From the IMG/VR virus record IMGVR_UViG_3300020595_000062, positions 1 to 45,647 of that record: a DNA stretch of 45,647 nucleotides; one strand, written 5' to 3'. Positions 1-8,281 of the stretch are shown here, piece after piece. How positions within the stretch are numbered: position 1 is the first letter of the stretch; each line of letters opens with the position of its first letter. This DNA is from a virus. A program made the position numbers and the translations under genes. The notes beneath the pieces are model-generated. The model saw only the letters and a program-made list of their open reading frames with translations, had not been told where the DNA came from and ran no database searches.

Positions 1-127
1 AACATTTCATCTATTGTTGATTCGCTTAGATTCAGCCTAACTCTAGAGAAACTGCTATTTCTAGGACTCCTAAACATGGCTGTTAATTTAGTGACAGTGT
101 ACGGCCTATTCTGATCAGTTAATACTT
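1..127. repeat. Exact 127-nt direct repeat of the window end (45521..45647), read as circular-assembly overlap
   Basis: Bases 1-127 (aacatttcatctattgttga...cagttaatactt) match 45521-45647 base for base. The unique unit is 45,520 nt. Confidence 0.95.
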
Positions 128-950
128 CATTAGAATCGTTACTGTCAGATATAAAGAGTATTTCTCCGTGAGAACCTGCTGTTATGCTGAATCTAGTGTT
201 ATATGTATCTCCCGATATTACAAAATCGTTAATACTACTACTGGAAAAATCATCAGCTACTAACGCCTGTTGTGGATCATATACCCCTACGTCATTAAAT
301 AACCACTTACCTCCTGTTCTCCAGTCTGGCTTACCCGACACCAAGAATTTTTCCCAATCTAATGTTCCTCCTGATAAGTTCATTTGAGCGTTATTAGACT
401 TATATTGAATGTTAGCGACTTTTACTGTTTCTCCTAAAGGTGGGATCTTACCATTGGTGTCGTCTCCAAAACTTATCTGACCTCCTAAATTAATCCCTGT
501 GGCAGTTGTATCATGAGTGAAGACCTTACCTCTTTCGTCTCCAAAGTCGTTAGACATATCGTTAACTCTACCCCAATTAGAACTTCCGACTTTTACGTGG
601 GCTATTTCTTCGTATCTTTCTCCCGACGCATCTACGGGTAAATCGAATACCTGATTAGGAGTACCGTCGCTAGTACCTAATGTTATCCATTCACCTCTAA
701 CTATAAAGTTACCCCCTCCTAAATTAAAACTAGAAGATGAGTTTTGGGATTTCATGAATATGGGCGTATTGATGTTGGAATTGGCTAATCTTATAGCTCT
801 GGATAGGTTGTTACAATAATATATGTCGATTTCGGAAGTGGTCTGACTTATAGTTAAAGTCGCATCACCTTGCATATCTATAATGTCTCCATCTGTTATG
901 CCTACTAATTCCGAATAATCTGTGTCTACCGAAACGCTATATGTGGTCAT
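1..950 (-). CDS. N-terminal part of a 920-aa virion-associated protein (possible beta-helix spike or fibre) that wraps the junction and continues to 43708
   Basis: ATG at 950-948 is preceded by AGAGG. I read every minus-strand codon from 950 to 1 and found no stop. The frame matches ORF 43708..45597 once the overlap is removed (823+1940 nt = 921 codons). The protein starts MTTYSVSVDTDYSELVGITDGD. Confidence 0.85.
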   Translation of the reverse strand, partial: MTTYSVSVDTDYSELVGITDGDIIDMQGDATLTISQTTSEIDIYYCNNLSRAIRLANSNINTPIFMKSQNSSSSFNLGGGNFIVRGEWITLGTSDGTPNQVFDLPVDASGERYEEIAHVKVGSSNWGRVNDMSNDFGDERGKVFTHDTTATGINLGGQISFGDDTNGKIPPLGETVKVANIQYKSNNAQMNLSGGTLDWEKFLVSGKPDWRTGGKWLFNDVGVYDPQQALVADDFSSSSINDFVISGDTYNTRFSITAGSHGEILFISDSNDSNEVLTDQNRPYTVTKLTAMFRSPRNSSFSRVRLNLSESTIDEM

Positions 951-963
951 TCTAACCTCTTTA

Positions 964-1782
964 TCAAATGTTTATTATAGGTTGCGCAACACACCTACAT
1001 TGAATATCTTGCCCAGGATGACCAGTGTCGGCAGGAGGAGAATCCCATCTAAATATCTTGCCGTTCTTGCTATTGTGGTCTTCCCTTACTCTGGAGTCTC
1101 CTGCTGTTCTCCAGATATATTCTTCTACTCCTAAGTTTTTCTGACGTTGTTGGTTTAGAGCTGAATTTAATTTAGAACTCTGATCCCTAGCTATCAACTT
1201 GGCTCGTCTTGTAGTTACCTTACCTTGTTTTTGTATTTGCTTAATCATAGAAGAAGCTGTTCTACCTTGAGTGGTGTTGGTAAAAACTATAGATTCTATG
1301 TTTTTAAAATACTCATCAGGTATGGATTTTATCAAGGAGACATTTTCTCTAGTCGTAGCTACTAATATGTCTTCTAGGTTTTCGCTCCTAACTACAGATT
1401 GCAAATCCACCCCTACCGCTTCTTCCATTGCTTTGTAGAATCTACGCTTATTAACTTGATTAGATTCGTTAACAAATGAGTTAGACACAATAGCCGCTTG
1501 TTTACCCACGTTATCAAAAGAACGTCTCATTCTATCGAACACTTCTTCCAGTGACTTAGCGTAAGCATCTGTAACATACTCAGATTCAAACGCTTTGAGA
1601 GCGGGTATGAGATTACTATCGATTTCTTGTTTCAACTTTCGTACTAAGAAATCTAACTGTCGTCTGTATTTTATCTCAGGGCTTTTAGGACTCGATACCG
1701 CTCTCATCTTCCTCTTGTTCTGCTTCCGATGAGTTCTGTTCATTTCCAGTTTCAATTTCGTCGGTATCGGGTTCAAACTCAT
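964..1782 (-). CDS. Head morphogenesis protein, Mu F / SPP1 gp7-like
   Basis: The C-terminal motif YIWRTAGDSRVREDHNSKNGKIF...GHPGQDIQCRCVAQP is typical of the Mu F family. The track start 1788 is TTG. ATG 1782 has a GAGGA SD; ATG 1707 is an alternative start. Confidence 0.8.
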   Translation of the reverse strand: MSLNPIPTKLKLEMNRTHRKQNKRKMRAVSSPKSPEIKYRRQLDFLVRKLKQEIDSNLIPALKAFESEYVTDAYAKSLEEVFDRMRRSFDNVGKQAAIVSNSFVNESNQVNKRRFYKAMEEAVGVDLQSVVRSENLEDILVATTRENVSLIKSIPDEYFKNIESIVFTNTTQGRTASSMIKQIQKQGKVTTRRAKLIARDQSSKLNSALNQQRQKNLGVEEYIWRTAGDSRVREDHNSKNGKIFRWDSPPADTGHPGQDIQCRCVAQPIINI

Positions 1783-3109
1783 TATCAAGTTCCTCTAGTT
1801 CTTCTAGCTCTTTAATATCGTCATCTGTAATATTGGTATATGTGCCGTTTTGTTGTAGCTCTTTAGCTATCTGACTTTCCGTAACTACTCCCATATCGTA
1901 ATAGTTTTTATCACGAGTAGAGTTGTTCATATCTACTATGGATTGTTGTTCAGGAGTCATCTGGAATAAAGAACTGAACTTGTAAGCGTAGTCGTCATCT
2001 AAAGACAAGCCTAAACTGAGTATCATTATATCGTCAAAATAATCTAGTTTAGGTTTGTATACTGAGCGTTGTTTACTACTTATCATGTCGTAGTAATTCT
2101 TTAAATCTCCTTCTCCAGTGGCGTTTAAGCCAGTAGCTGACGTACCTAATAATCTTGTAGCAGGTATATCCGTAGCAGCGGCTAAAAACTTAGCAAATCG
2201 GTCTAATAAATCGGGTAAGCCTGCAAAGGTATTGGTCTTGGTAGTGAATTCTTCTTCGTTATCCAATAATAGCATGTTATTAAATGATTTGAGCATACCT
2301 GCTAATGTGAATCTCTTTCTAAGTAGGGCTTCGCCTTCTGGGGATTGTAGATAACCCATTAATCCCTTAACCTTAACGATGTCTACGTTGGTCTCGTATA
2401 CCATGCTTGCCGAACCATCTGCCGTAGTGTTGAAGTTGGTTATCGCTTCGTACAACCTATCTAATACTGAATCAGAAAAGTAATTGTTTTCTCGGAACTG
2501 ATTAAAGGGTAACGGTATTCCGTCAAACCTAATAACTCTGCTGTGGTGTATTTTTACGTTGGTTTCGTTAAATCTGTAAAATTCAGGGAAGCCGTAATTA
2601 GCATCCAAAGGATCACTAACAGGCTGTTGTTCAGCGTGGTTTATTCTGTGTCTATCCACTACTTTTATGTGACGCAGTGAGCCTTCTTTTATATTGTTGA
2701 TGTCTAAAGGTTTGTCTGGAGTTTGGCTATCGTCCACAGATAATATTATAAATGCAGTGCCGTACAACCTAGCCCATTTATGAGCTACCTCAAAACAATT
2801 AGAAAGCTGTAATCTTTCTTCTTCCTGAACTATCTTCTTAATTGTTTCTGGTTCTATATCGCCTGTGAACTCTCTCCACTCTCTAGTCATATCCTCGGGT
2901 ACAATATCAACTACCTTACCAGCTAACCAATCTGTTCGATATAGAGCATCTAATTCTGCTTCGTTACCTTGAGCCGATAATCGTTTAGAGTTTACAAATC
3001 TAGATTGACTACGTTTGTCTTGTTGAGTACCTAATTGAGCGACTAAGTTTTCTAAGCTGTCTTTCAATTTGGAATCTTCGTCTGTGAGTATTTTTGCTGG
3101 TTGAATCAT
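1685..3109 (-). CDS. Portal protein (DUF1073-like)
   Basis: 474 aa, located between terminase and MuF. The N-terminal motif LYRTDWLAGKVVDIVPEDMTREWREF and the acidic C-terminal tail fit a portal. AAGAGGA SD lies 6 nt upstream of the ATG. Confidence 0.85.
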   Translation of the reverse strand: MIQPAKILTDEDSKLKDSLENLVAQLGTQQDKRSQSRFVNSKRLSAQGNEAELDALYRTDWLAGKVVDIVPEDMTREWREFTGDIEPETIKKIVQEEERLQLSNCFEVAHKWARLYGTAFIILSVDDSQTPDKPLDINNIKEGSLRHIKVVDRHRINHAEQQPVSDPLDANYGFPEFYRFNETNVKIHHSRVIRFDGIPLPFNQFRENNYFSDSVLDRLYEAITNFNTTADGSASMVYETNVDIVKVKGLMGYLQSPEGEALLRKRFTLAGMLKSFNNMLLLDNEEEFTTKTNTFAGLPDLLDRFAKFLAAATDIPATRLLGTSATGLNATGEGDLKNYYDMISSKQRSVYKPKLDYFDDIMILSLGLSLDDDYAYKFSSLFQMTPEQQSIVDMNNSTRDKNYYDMGVVTESQIAKELQQNGTYTNITDDDIKELEELEELDNEFEPDTDEIETGNEQNSSEAEQEEDESGIES

Positions 3110-3120
3110 TGTGAGTCCTC

Positions 3121-3888
3121 TTAAATTGAATTGGGGCTATATATCATATCTTCAAACACTATCATGTCTTCTACTGCGTCCATGGTAGGATCTATCTGAT
3201 CGTCATGTTTGTGAGTCATCAACGGAGTAAATTTTCTAAATTCATCCTTGTAATCATGCACCCAATCAGCATCTAAAGGCAAGTGTATATAACCACTTGC
3301 AAAATATTTTACTACACCCATTGCGCGTAATACCTTATCTGTATTACGTTGTATAGGTTCTACGGGTATCAAATAGTCCTTCTTAATAGACTGTATTAAG
3401 CTAGATCCAGAACTTTTGTCCTCAATTTTAATAACTTGAGAACCTCTCGGTTTGAACTGAGTGGGTTTATGCTTATTCCAAAACTCTACCATCATAGACT
3501 CTAATTCTGGAGCTTCCCATTTACCTCGTACTTGATCTACCAAGAATATCCCCTTGGACATCGACCTAGCCCAAAATTGAAATACCGACCAATCATTACG
3601 TTCGGCAGTCTTCTGGGCTGTATCTCCGTATATACGCATTAAGTCTATATCAGCTGGTAGGACGTCATAATACTTCCAGTACTTATCTTTAAACATGCCG
3701 CCGCCTAGCGGACTAGGGTTTTGTTGCATCTGAGAAGAGGTAGTGTACGGATCACCTTCTTCTAAGGTACGGAACTTTTTACGGTCATGTTTAAACGGCC
3801 AGAGCATACTATCTGGGACTACTTGGTTTGGCATACGGGCAAGCATATCCATACTAAAAAGCATACTCAGAACCCCCATGCAATGCAT
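3121..3888 (-). CDS. terL: Terminase large subunit, C-terminal (nuclease) half, in the +1 frame relative to the upstream half
   Basis: Contains LWPFKHD, RIYGDTAQKTAERNDWSVFQFWA (first RNaseH-like strand with Asp), VIKIEDKSSGSSLIQ and a C-terminal DDQIDPTMDAV motif. It overlaps the ATPase half by 35 nt. Confidence 0.8.
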   Translation of the reverse strand: MHCMGVLSMLFSMDMLARMPNQVVPDSMLWPFKHDRKKFRTLEEGDPYTTSSQMQQNPSPLGGGMFKDKYWKYYDVLPADIDLMRIYGDTAQKTAERNDWSVFQFWARSMSKGIFLVDQVRGKWEAPELESMMVEFWNKHKPTQFKPRGSQVIKIEDKSSGSSLIQSIKKDYLIPVEPIQRNTDKVLRAMGVVKYFASGYIHLPLDADWVHDYKDEFRKFTPLMTHKHDDQIDPTMDAVEDMIVFEDMIYSPNSI

Positions 3889-4717
3889 CTAAAATACCAT
3901 TGAGATTTATAGGTATGCCGTGGGTGTAATCTTCAGGGTACGGCTTGGCTAATAATTCTTCACTAAAATGCGTAGGTATTACGAGGTGATGCCAAATATC
4001 ACCTGAACCACCTTTAAGTAGGAAGCCTGATAAATCATCTTCGTGAATACGCTGCATGATATTAATCATGGGTACTTCTTCTACTGCTAAACGGGAACGA
4101 TGAGTGTTGTTAAACCGATTATTAATAGCATTACGTTTTGGAGTAGAATAAGCATCGTCAGGTTTTAAAGGATCATCGTTTATGAATGCTCCTGTAAATC
4201 CAGGCTCCATTCTACCTGCTCGGAATCCTGTAATCTGCCCTCCAGATGCAGCCGCCATCATACCTCCACCTTGCTCGGTGAACCATCGTTTCTTACCTTT
4301 AGTATCGGTACGAGTTTCCATAGGCCAGAGTTCTTGAAATTCAGGGCTTTGTACTGTATCCTTAATCTTAGAAGAGTTTTCGTGGGCTAGATCACCAGAA
4401 TAAGAAGTATGTATGTATTTAGAACGAGAATTCAATGCCAAGCCACGACATATAAAATTCAGTACAGCTTGTTCTGTCTTGGTGTATCCTGGTGCTATAT
4501 TTATAATCAACCTGTTTATCTTCATATCTAAAACGGCTTGTAACACATAATCTATAGCGTAATGATGCCAATTAAGTAACATCTTATTACCTTCACGGAG
4601 CTTGAAGAAATAACGCATGAATTGCATACCGTCTTGCTCTAGCATATACTTGAGCATACGTTTCTCATTGAACGACCACTGATCTATATCGTCAGGTAAC
4701 AAGATATCAGAAGTCAT
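3854..4717 (-). CDS. terL: Terminase large subunit, N-terminal (ATPase) half
   Basis: Deviant Walker A NIAPGYTKTE, Walker B AFINDDPLKPDD and coupling motif MQRIHEDDLSGF. The track start 4744 is TTG. ATG 4717 overlaps the terS stop by 11 nt. Confidence 0.8.
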   Translation of the reverse strand: MTSDILLPDDIDQWSFNEKRMLKYMLEQDGMQFMRYFFKLREGNKMLLNWHHYAIDYVLQAVLDMKINRLIINIAPGYTKTEQAVLNFICRGLALNSRSKYIHTSYSGDLAHENSSKIKDTVQSPEFQELWPMETRTDTKGKKRWFTEQGGGMMAAASGGQITGFRAGRMEPGFTGAFINDDPLKPDDAYSTPKRNAINNRFNNTHRSRLAVEEVPMINIMQRIHEDDLSGFLLKGGSGDIWHHLVIPTHFSEELLAKPYPEDYTHGIPINLNGILDALHGGSEYAF

Positions 4718-5111
4718 CGTTGAATTTCTCTTTAAATAGCTCAATTTCTTCTTCTGTTAATGGGGCGTCAGCAGCGTTACTTCCTGCTCCTCCATCGCCT
4801 TTTATCTCTACTTGCTTGCGTTTAGCGTGTAGGTATTCAGCTAGAGTTTTAGCCGCCGACATAGACTCGCTAATAGGAACGGTATGGTATTTGTAACGAG
4901 CGGAAACGTGATCTACAATCTCAGCCCATTCTCCCTGACCAATATCGCCTCCAGTAAACGAATCTATTTCTAAGATTAATTCATAAATAGATGATAATCT
5001 GCGTGGATCTTGACCATTCATCACCGACTCTAAGAACACAAGTGGGTCTTTGGCTTCCCCCTTGTGTATGAGTTCTCTTAGGTCATCAATGGATAATGGT
5101 TTGTGTGACAT
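4707..5111 (-). CDS. terS: Terminase small subunit (putative)
   Basis: 134 aa, immediately upstream of terL and translationally coupled to it. It has the AAKTLAEYLHAKRKQVE motif typical of small terminases and an acidic C-terminus. Confidence 0.6.
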   Translation of the reverse strand: MSHKPLSIDDLRELIHKGEAKDPLVFLESVMNGQDPRRLSSIYELILEIDSFTGGDIGQGEWAEIVDHVSARYKYHTVPISESMSAAKTLAEYLHAKRKQVEIKGDGGAGSNAADAPLTEEEIELFKEKFNDDF

Positions 5112-5145
5112 GCAATTAATCTATATTTCCCGTAATATTAAGGGT

Positions 5146-5174
5146 AATATAATTCAATTTGTGTAATGTGTAAA
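5146..5174 (-). promoter_or_regulatory. Putative sigma70-type promoter upstream of terS
   Basis: The minus strand reads TTTACA-N17-TATATT (-35 at 5174..5169, -10 at 5151..5146) in the 65-nt gap before terS. Confidence 0.35.
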
Positions 5175-5176
5175 TT

Positions 5177-5467
5177 CTAGTGTGGGTGATTGGGGATTAT
5201 ATCTTCCAATTTTATAGGTAATACTTCTCCTGGATTGTAATGTTGAGCTTCTTGATAGCATTCCGCGTTGTTTATAGACTCCGATCCATTAGCTACGTCG
5301 CATCCGTTATTAGAGTTACAGTTACACCCATTACAAGAAGTACGCACATAAGTGTGATAAAATTCAACAAACGCAGACCCAGTGCATTTACCGCCTATCC
5401 TATGAGGGAATTTATAAGCCGAACAAAGACATACGGGTCTGCTGTCTTTACGTTTAGTCTTACGCAT
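5177..5467 (-). CDS. Cysteine-rich protein (putative zinc-binding), function unknown
   Basis: MRKTKRKDSRPVCLCSAYKFPHRIGGKCTGS...CNGCNCNSNNGC, with 10 Cys in 96 aa. The track start 5512 is GTG. ATG 5467 overlaps the stop of the upstream microgene (ATGCGTAA). Confidence 0.6.
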   Translation of the reverse strand: MRKTKRKDSRPVCLCSAYKFPHRIGGKCTGSAFVEFYHTYVRTSCNGCNCNSNNGCDVANGSESINNAECYQEAQHYNPGEVLPIKLEDIIPNHPH

Positions 5468-5627
5468 ACAACTGAGTTTGTAGTTCACGAATACGACGTC
5501 TAAGTTTCCCACACTCAGCGTTGAGCATAGCTACTTGCATAGCGTTTAAGTTGGGATCCGAAAAACCATCTTGTTTAAGAGATAGTTCTTTCTGCAACTT
5601 GTTTATTTCTTCTAATATACCTGTCAT
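5454..5627 (-). CDS. 57-aa coiled-coil protein (below the ORF-track cutoff)
   Basis: Hand translation gives MTGILEEINKLQKELSLKQDGFSDPNLNAMQVAMLNAECGKLRRRIRELQTQLYA. Its ATG directly abuts the upstream TAA (TAAATG). Confidence 0.55.
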
Positions 5628-5861
5628 TTAATTATTAGACCTTATAGTTATTAATTTTCTTACTGATTTTCTATTTTTAATTCTATTGAATGATTTTCTA
5701 TCACAATCCAATACCGTTATCAACTGTATCATGTTTCCGCTAATCGCATCTTTACTTGGTATTCCGTTTATTATAGCTGTTTTTATTCCCAATTTATTAA
5801 TTTCATCAATTATTGCGTTTGCGTCGTTTTCTTCTATGTTTATGTTGAATGAAATATTCAT
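5628..5861 (-). CDS. Hypothetical protein
   Basis: The ORF track gives 5628..5894 with a TTG start. ATG 5861 has an AAGGGG SD 6 nt upstream. Confidence 0.6.
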   Translation of the reverse strand: MNISFNINIEENDANAIIDEINKLGIKTAIINGIPSKDAISGNMIQLITVLDCDRKSFNRIKNRKSVRKLITIRSNN

Positions 5862-5934
5862 GTTGTTCCCCTTAGTTGATAAATTCATTATCAATCATAT
5901 CTAAGAGGAAAGCAAGAGTTATTTCAACTTATTT

Positions 5935-6798
5935 CTATAAATCGTCCTCATGTCTTTTACCTACTAACTTGCCAAAGCGAGGAACTCCGTCCTTGCTCAA
6001 CTCTTGATAGCGGAACGTATATAGATCACCTATGTTGTAACCTCTATTGTCCCATAACCCTTGTTTACGTTCGTCAGTCCATCCTGGACCAAAGCCTACA
6101 CGGAACTCTAATCCGTTCCAATTGAGTATACAAGATCCTGCTGTACCTGCTGGAACAAGGTTCTCTTTATGACTAGAGCGTTTAGCATTACCTAGTTCAT
6201 CTTGTTCTAACGCATTAGTATTATGCATCTTTTCTGTGACTTCTACAAGTGTAGCTTCGTCATCGTGGAATCTTTTAATCTTTAACAGGATGCCTTCTTT
6301 AACAGTAGATCTCCCGTGTTTATATTTACCGTTAGGATCACGAATCATCACTCCCTCGTACCCTTCAGCAATACACTTATCCATATATGCTTCTAACTCT
6401 TCTTCCGTATTAATTTCAACGGGAGTGAGTACACGTATACGAGGATCACCTTCACCCAATACAGAAGATAGTTCGTGAACACGATTATGATACGTATCAT
6501 CAGAACCGTAATGATCAAAAACATGATACAGAAAGTCAGGCTCGCCAGACCTAGACATAATACCACTTTGCACATCGTTATAATCACCATTGAGCATAAG
6601 CTCGCCATCCATATCATCATAACCGAATAACTCATCTTGAACAAAAGTGTTAGGGATGGGCTTCATACTACGGGACATCGCAGTACCTTTAACCATCAAA
6701 CAGCGAATACCGTCTAATTTAGGGGTAGCTAATACTGGATAACGAATCTTATCGTATTGAGCTTTAGTAGCTAATAAGGGTTTGATTACTCTAGTCAT
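5935..6798 (-). CDS. ATP-dependent DNA ligase
   Basis: Adenylation motif I ATPKLDGIRC (KxDG), plus EGVMIRD, LLKIK and a C-terminal OB-like region. GAGGAG SD present. Confidence 0.9.
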   Translation of the reverse strand: MTRVIKPLLATKAQYDKIRYPVLATPKLDGIRCLMVKGTAMSRSMKPIPNTFVQDELFGYDDMDGELMLNGDYNDVQSGIMSRSGEPDFLYHVFDHYGSDDTYHNRVHELSSVLGEGDPRIRVLTPVEINTEEELEAYMDKCIAEGYEGVMIRDPNGKYKHGRSTVKEGILLKIKRFHDDEATLVEVTEKMHNTNALEQDELGNAKRSSHKENLVPAGTAGSCILNWNGLEFRVGFGPGWTDERKQGLWDNRGYNIGDLYTFRYQELSKDGVPRFGKLVGKRHEDDL

Positions 6799-6967
6799 TC
6801 TGCTCTACTCCTCTGCCTATGCAATCCCAACTACCTTCTGATTTCAATTTATGGTAGACAGCTGATCTAGCATCCTGTTCATTAATCCCTCTCATTAATA
6901 TGGTTCTATGACACATACCTTTAGGATTGGGAAAACAAGAAAGCGCGAACAAAAATAATTTGCTCAT
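6791..6967 (-). CDS. 58-aa hypothetical protein (below the ORF-track cutoff)
   Basis: Hand translation gives MSKLFLFALSCFPNPKGMCHRTILMRGINEQDARSAVYHKLKSEGSWDCIGRGVEQND. AAGGAG SD lies 6 nt upstream, and the 3' end overlaps the ligase ATG by 8 nt. Confidence 0.55.
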   Translation of the reverse strand: MSKLFLFALSCFPNPKGMCHRTILMRGINEQDARSAVYHKLKSEGSWDCIGRGVEQND

Positions 6968-6968
6968 T

Positions 6969-7118
6969 TCACAACTCCTTATATTTAATAGTAAGGGTTA
7001 CAACCTGAGGTGGTTGCTTAGGTAAGGCTGATTTCTTTATATACAAAGTAGGAACCGCAACACCTTCCTCATCATTGGTGTATACGTGAGTACCCTTAGT
7101 GTTCTTAGTTAGTTGCAT
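6969..7118 (-). CDS. 49-aa hypothetical protein (below the ORF-track cutoff)
   Basis: Hand translation gives MQLTKNTKGTHVYTNDEEGVAVPTLYIKKSALPKQPPQVVTLTIKYKEL. It fills the gap between neighbouring genes, and its stop is 1 nt from the next ATG. Confidence 0.45.
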   Translation of the reverse strand: MQLTKNTKGTHVYTNDEEGVAVPTLYIKKSALPKQPPQVVTLTIKYKEL

Positions 7119-7138
7119 ATCTAACTCTATATGTTCAG

Positions 7139-7435
7139 TCATTGGAATGTTCCTGTAATGTTAACATCGTTAATTTCTCCTTCTATTTGATATTGAACCT
7201 CTAAGTTATGAGTCAATTGACCTGGATATGGGTCTTCTTGTATAACATAAGTAAGAGTATTGATCCTACCGTGTTTGACAAAGGAATAAGGTATATCCAG
7301 CTTGTCCGCTAATTCAGATAAAGACTTCAGGCTTATACTTACTGGTTCGCCACAATCAGAACAAGTTTCATCATAGTCTACGTTCACCTTATTACAATGT
7401 GGGCATATATCTGTGTTATGTGGTAATATGCTCAT
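7139..7435 (-). CDS. Zinc-ribbon protein, function unknown
   Basis: N-terminal CPHCN...CSDCG (CxxC-N13-CxxC). GAGGAA SD present. Confidence 0.65.
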   Translation of the reverse strand: MSILPHNTDICPHCNKVNVDYDETCSDCGEPVSISLKSLSELADKLDIPYSFVKHGRINTLTYVIQEDPYPGQLTHNLEVQYQIEGEINDVNITGTFQ

Positions 7436-7471
7436 TTCTTATTCCTCAATTATAATTAAGTGATGAATGAT

Positions 7472-7500
7472 ATTATGGGTCATCATTAGTACTAAGTAAA
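7472..7500 (-). promoter_or_regulatory. Putative promoter TTTACT-N17-CATAAT
   Basis: -35 at 7500..7495 and -10 at 7477..7472 on the minus strand, in the 73-nt gap upstream of 7435. The hexamers are the same as at 11984..12012. Confidence 0.4.
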
Positions 7501-7508
7501 GAACTAAT

Positions 7509-7742
7509 TTAACCTCGCATATAACTTTTACTAAACTTGTCATAATCTCTAATAACACACAATGGAACACAATCGTCACGAACTTTCATCCATTCGTTGT
7601 ATACAGTATATCGGAACCAGTGAATACCTCTTAAACTGTATATCATACCGCCTTCTAATTCACATCTATAAGTCTCTCTAGGGTCTAATCCTCCAGAAGA
7701 CTTAGTTATTCTCATCTTAGATACGTTATTTTCTGAATTCAT
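7509..7742 (-). CDS. Hypothetical protein
   Basis: ORF track 7509..7757. ATG 7742 forms an ATGA overlap with the upstream stop and is the preferred start. Confidence 0.6.
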   Translation of the reverse strand: MNSENNVSKMRITKSSGGLDPRETYRCELEGGMIYSLRGIHWFRYTVYNEWMKVRDDCVPLCVIRDYDKFSKSYMRG

Positions 7743-7954
7743 TTGTGATTCCACCATATTCTAATGCGAGTTACTGTTAGATGACCAAATCCATACAAGC
7801 TAAATAAACCACCCCATACCTTAGAGTGTTCAGTTTCTCCTATTACTAATAAGAGTATGCCTATCGTTATGAATGAGTAAGCTACTAACTTGTTAAATTT
7901 TAGCCGTTTGCTGGTTAACTGAGTTGTTACTAAGATGTTGTCTTCGTTATTCAT
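7739..7954 (-). CDS. Small membrane protein (two hydrophobic helices)
   Basis: Contains LVAYSFITIGILLLVIG and VWGGLFSLYGFGHL. AGGAG SD lies 7 nt upstream. Confidence 0.6.
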   Translation of the reverse strand: MNNEDNILVTTQLTSKRLKFNKLVAYSFITIGILLLVIGETEHSKVWGGLFSLYGFGHLTVTRIRIWWNHK

Positions 7955-8281
7955 ATTAAACTCCTGATATCTTGACTAAGGAATAAACTAACACAAAAGC
8001 AATAAATGACTTAGATGTTAATATTATTAGTAATAATCTCATTTATTAGTATCCTCATTGTAAAATGGTATCTTTTTAGGAGTTGCAAGTAACTCTCTAA
8101 TGTTATTTTCCAACTTAGCTTTAAGTTCTCCTACCGACCAATCCACAGTGCGGATTACATCACTATCTACACACTCCAAATGATCGACTATTGTTTTGGA
8201 TCTCAACAATGTTTCGAAAGTTCGTTTGATATCTTTACGTAACCTTTCTCAGAATGTTCTGATGATATTAATACTGCCATC

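Noticed and set aside
1-127. Terminal 127-nt repeat read as a genuine direct terminal repeat, att site or duplicated gene fragment
   Set aside because: It is exact, lies in frame within one continuous ORF, and has the length expected of an assembler k-mer overlap. It is best treated as evidence of circular closure, pending read-level checks.
184-387. Plus-strand ORF of 67 aa (and similar shadow ORFs at 922..1134, 2118..2354, 5240..5503, 5686..5904, 6236..6478, 8354..8542, 9227..9427 and 10803..11012)
   Set aside because: Each lies antisense inside a long, motif-supported minus-strand gene, has no SD and gives a low-complexity translation. They are typical shadow ORFs in AT-rich DNA.
4718-4744. 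Extended N-termini from the ORF track that start at TTG/GTG (1788, 4744, 5512, 5894, 12987, 14229, 15493, 27872, 35894, 43155)
   Set aside because: I checked the start triplets. These are non-ATG codons lying inside upstream genes. Downstream ATG starts (or an SD-supported GTG) with coupling overlaps give N-termini that match the family consensus.
6393-6644. Same-strand alternative-frame ORFs (6393..6644 inside the ligase, 11074..11286 inside the primase, 42441..42644 inside the scaffold)
   Set aside because: Each lies wholly within a larger gene whose frame carries the recognisable motifs. None has a start context suggesting an overprinted gene.
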